In this document: one piece after another, positions 34,408-39,015 of the stretch
Layout of the letters: the number at the start of each line of letters is the position of its first letter
Numbering within the stretch: position 1 is the first letter of the stretch
DNA from: an uncultured bacterium
GTDB taxonomy: Bacteria; Krumholzibacteriota; Krumholzibacteriia; WVZY01
Assembly: GCA_964645735.1 (NCBI GenBank)
Contig: CAZYCB010000047.1
Span: 1 to 39,015 of the forward strand
Length of the DNA stretch: 39,015 bases
Direction of reading: 5' to 3'
Translations under genes and position numbers: made by a program
The notes under the pieces: model-generated
What the model saw: the letters and a program-made list of their open reading frames with translations, nothing else
Told to the model about the DNA's origin: nothing
Databases searched by the model: none

Positions 34408-35231
34408 GCGAGAATCGACCCCCCGTCGCCTTCCGGCGTTTCTGGAAGAGTGACGTACACCGTCGTTCCCTGCCCTTCCTCGCTCTCGATGTGCACGCTC
34501 CCACCATAAAGCTCTGCGAGGCTCCTCACGAGAGTCAACCCCAGCCCCGCCCCTCGGCTCACATGCCCGCGAAGCCTCACAAATGGTTCGAATACCTTTT
34601 TGACCGATTCCTCGGGGATTCCAGTCCCTCTGTCGGCGACGCGGATCTGCAGCAGGTCGCACGATGCCGCACCCCTTCTGTCGCAGGCTCTTTCGATCCG
34701 CACATCCACGGGCTTTCCCGCCTCCGAGTACAAAAGCGCGTTCTCCACCACGTTTGCGAGAATGACTCTGATCGCGTCGACGCTCGATCTGAACCGTGTT
34801 GCGTCGGGTGAAACGCGCACCGTCACCCTCGCCCTCGCATCGAGATCATCGGGGAGATGCTCCAGCACTTCGCCGACGCACCTGCCGATATCGACGGCCA
34901 AGCCGCGCCCGGCGACCCGTTTACCGTCCGCCTTGAGGAGACGGAGAAAAAAAGAGTTGAGTTCGTCGATGAGTCCGCACTCGTTCCGCGCCTTTTTGAT
35001 GGCATCAACGGCTTCGGCATCCGCGCTTGGATCGAATTGTTCGAGGGCCAGATCCAGATAACCTCTTATCGCCGTCGTGGGCCGTTTGAGTTCATGCCCC
35101 ATGATCAGCCGCGTCGAGAGGAGCGTCCTCTCGTCCGTCTCGAGACGCTTTCGGAGACCATCGGCCTCCCTTCGCGTTTCGTTGAGGAGCTTCAACAAGG
35201 TCTCGGACGTATCATCCGTTTGGACTTTCAT
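34404..35231 (-). CDS. soluble histidine kinase (coiled coil + HisKA + HATPase_c, no sensor domain)
   Basis: 275 aa. H-box MGHELKRPTTAIRGYLDLAL. N/G boxes VVENALLYS, DRGTGIP, GAGLGLTLVRSLAE. GGAGGAG upstream of ATG 35231. Confidence 0.88.
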   Translation of the reverse strand: MKVQTDDTSETLLKLLNETRREADGLRKRLETDERTLLSTRLIMGHELKRPTTAIRGYLDLALEQFDPSADAEAVDAIKKARNECGLIDELNSFFLRLLKADGKRVAGRGLAVDIGRCVGEVLEHLPDDLDARARVTVRVSPDATRFRSSVDAIRVILANVVENALLYSEAGKPVDVRIERACDRRGAASCDLLQIRVADRGTGIPEESVKKVFEPFVRLRGHVSRGAGLGLTLVRSLAELYGGSVHIESEEGQGTTVYVTLPETPEGDGGSILA

Positions 35232-35271
35232 CCGCGCTCTCCTCCGGCCGGCGCCGCGGCAGCCACCGCGG

Positions 35272-36246
35272 CTACTCGGCGGTCTTCGCCTTGGCGATGA
35301 CGTCCTGTCTTCTCTCCTTGATCACGCAGCTGCCCTTTATTTTCTTGCCGTATTTCTTGAGTTCGCTCGCGATGTCGTTTATCTCGGCGAAGTGTTCGAT
35401 CTTGTTGTCGGTGCTGAGCACGAGGGCGATCGTGATCGACATCAGCGAGATCCGGGCGAGTTCGCCCTGCCGGTTGCGGACCTCGAAGTACCCTCGCTTC
35501 ACGTCCTCCTCGTTCAGGAGGAAGAGCGCCCCTTTGTCGAACTCGTCGATGATGTACTTCGCCACGAACTGGCCTCTCGACGGCGCCGTGATGAGAACGA
35601 AATCGTCGCCGCCTACGTGACCGACGAAGTCTTCTTTCACCCCGAGCTTTTCCACCGCACTCGTGAGAATATTGGCGAGATAGGTGATGATCTCGTCGCC
35701 CTTCTGGTATCCGAAGTAGTCGTTGAACGGCTTGAAGTTGTCGATGTCCATGTAAAGGAATGCGTAAGGCTCTTTCTTGTTAATCCTCGTTTTGAGTTCG
35801 CGTTCGATCGCCGTGTTGCCGGGAAGTCCCGTGAGCGGATTGGCCTCTTTTTGTTTGATGTTCCATTCGAGCACGTTCTTCACGCGGAGCAGGAGTTCCT
35901 CGTTCGAGTAGGGCTTGACGAGATAATCGTTCGCCCCTCCCTCCAACCCCTCCACGCGGGCGCCGGGATCGCCTTTTGCCGAGAGCATGACGATGGGTAT
36001 CTGGTTCATTTTGAAGTCGTCTCGCATTTTGCGACACACCTCGTACCCGTCCATGACCGGCATCATCACGTCGAGGAGAACGAGATGCGGCTGGACCTCG
36101 CGCACGCGCTCCAGCGCGGTCTGTCCGTTGTCGGCGGTGAAAACCTGATAGCCCTCTCGCTCCAATGTGAATTTGAGAATCTGAACGATGTGCGGCTCGT
36201 CGTCGACGACGAGGATCCTGTAAGGCGAGGTGTCGGGCGTAAGCAT
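35272..36246 (-). CDS. response regulator with GGDEF-type output domain (signature GGDDF)
   Basis: 324 aa. REC (ILVVDDE, LVLLDVMMPVMDG, LSAKG, DYLVKPY). GGDEF fold (NPLTGLPGN, YMDIDNFKPFNDYFGYQKGDEII, GHVGGDDFVLI). Confidence 0.88.
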   Translation of the reverse strand: MLTPDTSPYRILVVDDEPHIVQILKFTLEREGYQVFTADNGQTALERVREVQPHLVLLDVMMPVMDGYEVCRKMRDDFKMNQIPIVMLSAKGDPGARVEGLEGGANDYLVKPYSNEELLLRVKNVLEWNIKQKEANPLTGLPGNTAIERELKTRINKKEPYAFLYMDIDNFKPFNDYFGYQKGDEIITYLANILTSAVEKLGVKEDFVGHVGGDDFVLITAPSRGQFVAKYIIDEFDKGALFLLNEEDVKRGYFEVRNRQGELARISLMSITIALVLSTDNKIEHFAEINDIASELKKYGKKIKGSCVIKERRQDVIAKAKTAE

Positions 36247-36293
36247 GCATTCTCTCCGTTTCGTAATCGTCCTCAGACGCTGCGAGTCGGCAA

Positions 36294-36322
36294 TAAGTAT
36301 GCCAGGCGGGGGAGCCCCGCAA
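36294..36322 (-). promoter_or_regulatory. possible promoter of the REC-GGDEF/kinase operon (TTGCGG-N17-TACTTA; also reads TGG-CATACT)
   Basis: Minus strand: TTGCGG (36322-36317), 17-nt spacer, TACTTA (36299-36294). About 45 nt upstream of ATG 36246, whose RBS is GGAGAG. Confidence 0.3.
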
Positions 36323-36510
36323 TTCCGGCTTACTCGAACCGCAAATCAACGCTGCAAGATGTCACTGTGCCCGGATCGGTGTGAGGTGCCTTCGAGTCGG
36401 CACGAGAGTTCTTAGCATCCCGTATGCCGAAGCGTGGCAGAGTTGGGGAAAAACGGAACGCCCCGTATGCGCCGCGGACGCATCCTTCCTCGACCGTCAC
36501 CGGGACGCTC

Positions 36511-36603
36511 GCCCGAGAAAGAACGGGAAACGACGAGGAACGATGGAAAACAACGGGGAACGAACGGGAACCACAGGGAATGGCACGGACGGGGCGGGAA
36601 CGA
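36511..36603. repeat. degenerate tandem decamer array (consensus CGAACGGGAA, ~9 units)
   Basis: In the printed 10-nt blocks from 36511 to 36600, every block ends in gaa, aaa or gac, with GGA at the same phase in 8 consecutive blocks (36521-36600). Confidence 0.85.
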
Positions 36604-37611
36604 TCAGACCCAGGAGGTGACGGGTCCCCGCGTGAAGACGTCGAGATCGAGCTTGTCGTCCCGGCCCTTGGCGAGGTGCCGCGCCGCCGCGCATGCCACC
36701 ATAGCGCCGTTATCCGTGCAGTAGTGGAGAAGCGGGGCGTGGTACGCCACGCCGCGGCGCTCGCATTCGGCCGCGAGCCGTTCGCGAAGACGGCTGTTCG
36801 CGGAAACGCCCCCCGCAAGGTACACATCGGCAACACGGTGTCTGGTCGCGCACGCGATCGTCTTCTGAACGAGAACATCGGCGATCGCCTCCTGGGCGGA
36901 GGCGGCAATGTCGCAGGCCGCTTCGCGCGTGAGGCAATCGAGACCCTCGACGTAGAGGCGAACGGCCGTTTTGAGACCGGAGAAACTGAAGTCGAAGTTC
37001 TCCTGCCGCGTCATCGCGCGGGGGAAAGCGATGGCCTTGGGATTTCCCGATTTCGCCGCCGCGTCGATCGCCGGCCCGCCGGGAAAACCGAGATCGAGGA
37101 GCTTGGCGATCTTGTCGAACGCTTCTCCTGCCGCGTCGTCGCGCGTGGTGCCGACGATCTCGTATTGCCCGACGGCGCTCATTTTGTAGAGACACGTGTG
37201 CCCGCCCGACACCACGAGGACGATCGCCGGTGTGCGAAGCGTCTCTCCGCCGAGTTCGTTCGACAGGATGTGGGCCTCGATGTGGTGGACACCCACGACG
37301 GGGCGTCCGAGGGAGAAGGCCAGTCCCTTGGCGAAACTCACACCGACGAGGAGCGAGCCGACGAGTCCGGGACCGTTGCTTACCCCGATGCCGTCGATGT
37401 CCTTTGTGGAAAGCCCCGTCTTCGCGAGGAGCGTATGGAACACGGGAAGGAGATTCTTCATGTGGGCGCGAGACGCCACTTCGGGCACGACGCCGCCGTA
37501 CGTCTCGTGTATCAGCTGCGTGGCGGTGAGTTCCCCCAGCACCCCGCGGCCGGGCGAGAAGAAAGCGAGCGACGTGTCGTCGCACGATGTCTCGATGCCG
37601 AGAACGATCAT
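36604..37611 (-). CDS. tsaD: tRNA N6-adenosine threonylcarbamoyltransferase
   Basis: 336 aa from ATG 37611. MIVLGIETSCDDTS, metal site GVHHIEAHI, GGVSANSRLR. The ORF-track start 38133 overlaps glnB and is an artefact. Confidence 0.95.
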   Translation of the reverse strand: MIVLGIETSCDDTSLAFFSPGRGVLGELTATQLIHETYGGVVPEVASRAHMKNLLPVFHTLLAKTGLSTKDIDGIGVSNGPGLVGSLLVGVSFAKGLAFSLGRPVVGVHHIEAHILSNELGGETLRTPAIVLVVSGGHTCLYKMSAVGQYEIVGTTRDDAAGEAFDKIAKLLDLGFPGGPAIDAAAKSGNPKAIAFPRAMTRQENFDFSFSGLKTAVRLYVEGLDCLTREAACDIAASAQEAIADVLVQKTIACATRHRVADVYLAGGVSANSRLRERLAAECERRGVAYHAPLLHYCTDNGAMVACAAARHLAKGRDDKLDLDVFTRGPVTSWV

Positions 37612-37676
37612 CGGCTGCCTTTTTTCCGGAAGGATGCTGGACGGCATCGTACTCTTGCGGTAAGCGAAGCGGGAAA

Positions 37677-38056
<380 letters not shown>

Positions 38057-38086
38057 GAAAAATGGTGTTGCGCTACTATGGGACGC

Positions 38087-39015
38087 ATGAATTCCCGTCC
38101 GAATAGCACGGCGCGGTGCATCGAGTCGCTCATCGAGGATATCGTGCTCGGGCCTTCGCTTCCCGACGTCGAGTCCCGGCTGCAGGCGGCTGGGATACCC
38201 GCGAACGCCTCGGCCGCGGACTCTCTCGTTCGCCTCTGCAGGGAACTCGGGGGCGGCCGGGAGACCCATGCGAAGCTCGCCGTCGTTCTCGTCTCGCTCC
38301 TCGAGTCCGCGTACCCCGCCGGAGCGCTCGTGAACTTCCTTCGTTATTCGGAGACCGTCGGCGTCTCCGCCACCTTCCTCGACACCCTCGCCCGGGGTGA
38401 ACCCGTGCGGGAGGTTCTCGCGACGGTCTTCGGAACGAGCCAGCACATGGCCGACATCATCATACGAAACCCCGGTTATCTCTATTGGCTCATGGAGAAG
38501 GGGACGTGGGATGAGCCGGAGGACGTCCCGGCGTACGAGAGAGCGCTCTCGCTGGACATCGCGAGGTTCGAGTCCGTAGAGGGAAAGCTCGACGCGGCGA
38601 GACGATTTCAGCGGCGGATGCTCCTCAAGACCGGCGTGAAGGATCTCCTCGGAAACGACGACGTCGAGACCACGGCGGCGAAGCTCGGCGATCTTGCCGA
38701 AGCGGTGACGCGCGTCGTGCTCGGTGTTCTCTGGGAGGATATGTCGCTGGCTGCGCCCGACGGTGTTACGTCATCCGGAACCACGGCGTCCGGCTTCGCA
38801 GTGCTCGCTCTCGGCAAGCTCGGGGGCCGCGAGCTCAACTTCTCTTCCGACGTCGATCTGCTGTTCGTCTGCGACGCTCCGCCCGACGACCGCGGCCATG
38901 CCGCGCGCGAATCCGCGGCGGCGGTGGTCCGCGAGCTCAAGCGCCGGCTCGACGAGCCGACCGACGAGGGCTTCGCCTATCGCGTCGATCTCGATCTGCG
39001 GCCCGAGGGCACGGC
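38087..39015 (+). CDS. glnE: glutamine synthetase adenylyltransferase/adenylyl-removing enzyme, 5' part (open at right edge)
   Basis: My translation gives MNSRPNSTARCIESL...GTSQHMADIIIRNPGYLYWL...FAVLALGKLGGRELNFSSDVDLLFV...FAYRVDLDLRPEGT, which are the GlnE nucleotidyltransferase motifs. It is not in the ORF track because there is no stop inside the window. An in-frame ATG at 38078 is an alternative start. Confidence 0.85.
   Translation, partial: MNSRPNSTARCIESLIEDIVLGPSLPDVESRLQAAGIPANASAADSLVRLCRELGGGRETHAKLAVVLVSLLESAYPAGALVNFLRYSETVGVSATFLDTLARGEPVREVLATVFGTSQHMADIIIRNPGYLYWLMEKGTWDEPEDVPAYERALSLDIARFESVEGKLDAARRFQRRMLLKTGVKDLLGNDDVETTAAKLGDLAEAVTRVVLGVLWEDMSLAAPDGVTSSGTTASGFAVLALGKLGGRELNFSSDVDLLFVCDAPPDDRGHAARESAAAVVRELKRRLDEPTDEGFAYRVDLDLRPEGT

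Noticed and set aside
35272-36246. The REC-GGDEF protein as a Hypr-GGDEF (cGAMP synthase, GacA-like).
   Set aside because: The specificity position keeps Asp in the GYQKGDEII context (the GH..GD equivalent) rather than Ser. There is no sequence support for altered nucleotide specificity.

Overview
High-GC bacterial chromosomal segment: about 60-67% GC by hand counts on sample lines, but about 46% in the first 360 nt. I call 33 protein-coding features, 31 of them on the minus strand, packed into co-directional arrays. Most are conserved housekeeping genes. From left to right: a truncated MDR dehydrogenase fragment, SPFH and NfeD remnants, cysS, ddl, gltX, ispF, ispD, dnaB, a family-4 UDG, coaBC, rpoZ, gmk, yicC, rqcH (+), a small secreted protein, selB, murA, prmC, prfA, a DUF1385 protein, rpmE, rho, a TPR lipoprotein and priA. 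Then comes a five-gene two-component/c-di-GMP operon: REC, two giant sensor kinases with GAF-HD-GYP tails, a soluble kinase, and REC-GGDEF. The window ends with tsaD, glnB and the 5' part of glnE (+). I found no rRNA, tRNA, CRISPR array, transposase, integrase, phage gene or recognisable defence gene. This is therefore mainly an ordinary core region, not an obvious accessory island. The items worth a second look are: (1) the kinase/HD-GYP/GGDEF operon; (2) a ~104-nt palindromic intergenic repeat present twice, with a compensatory change in an internal hairpin; (3) two lower-GC intergenic tracts that look like unannotated structured RNAs, one ~340 nt ending at a clean terminator and one ~168 nt behind a tandemly duplicated near-consensus promoter; (4) a strictly 10-nt-phased GGGAA decamer array after tsaD; (5) a deletion scar fusing nfeD and SPFH remnants next to a low-GC truncated gene fragment; and (6) unusual promoter geometries (shared -10 for divergent promoters, leaderless-type spacing). 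All calls come from reading the sequence and the ORF track by eye. No database search, covariance model or folding program was run, so RNA and promoter calls are hypotheses.
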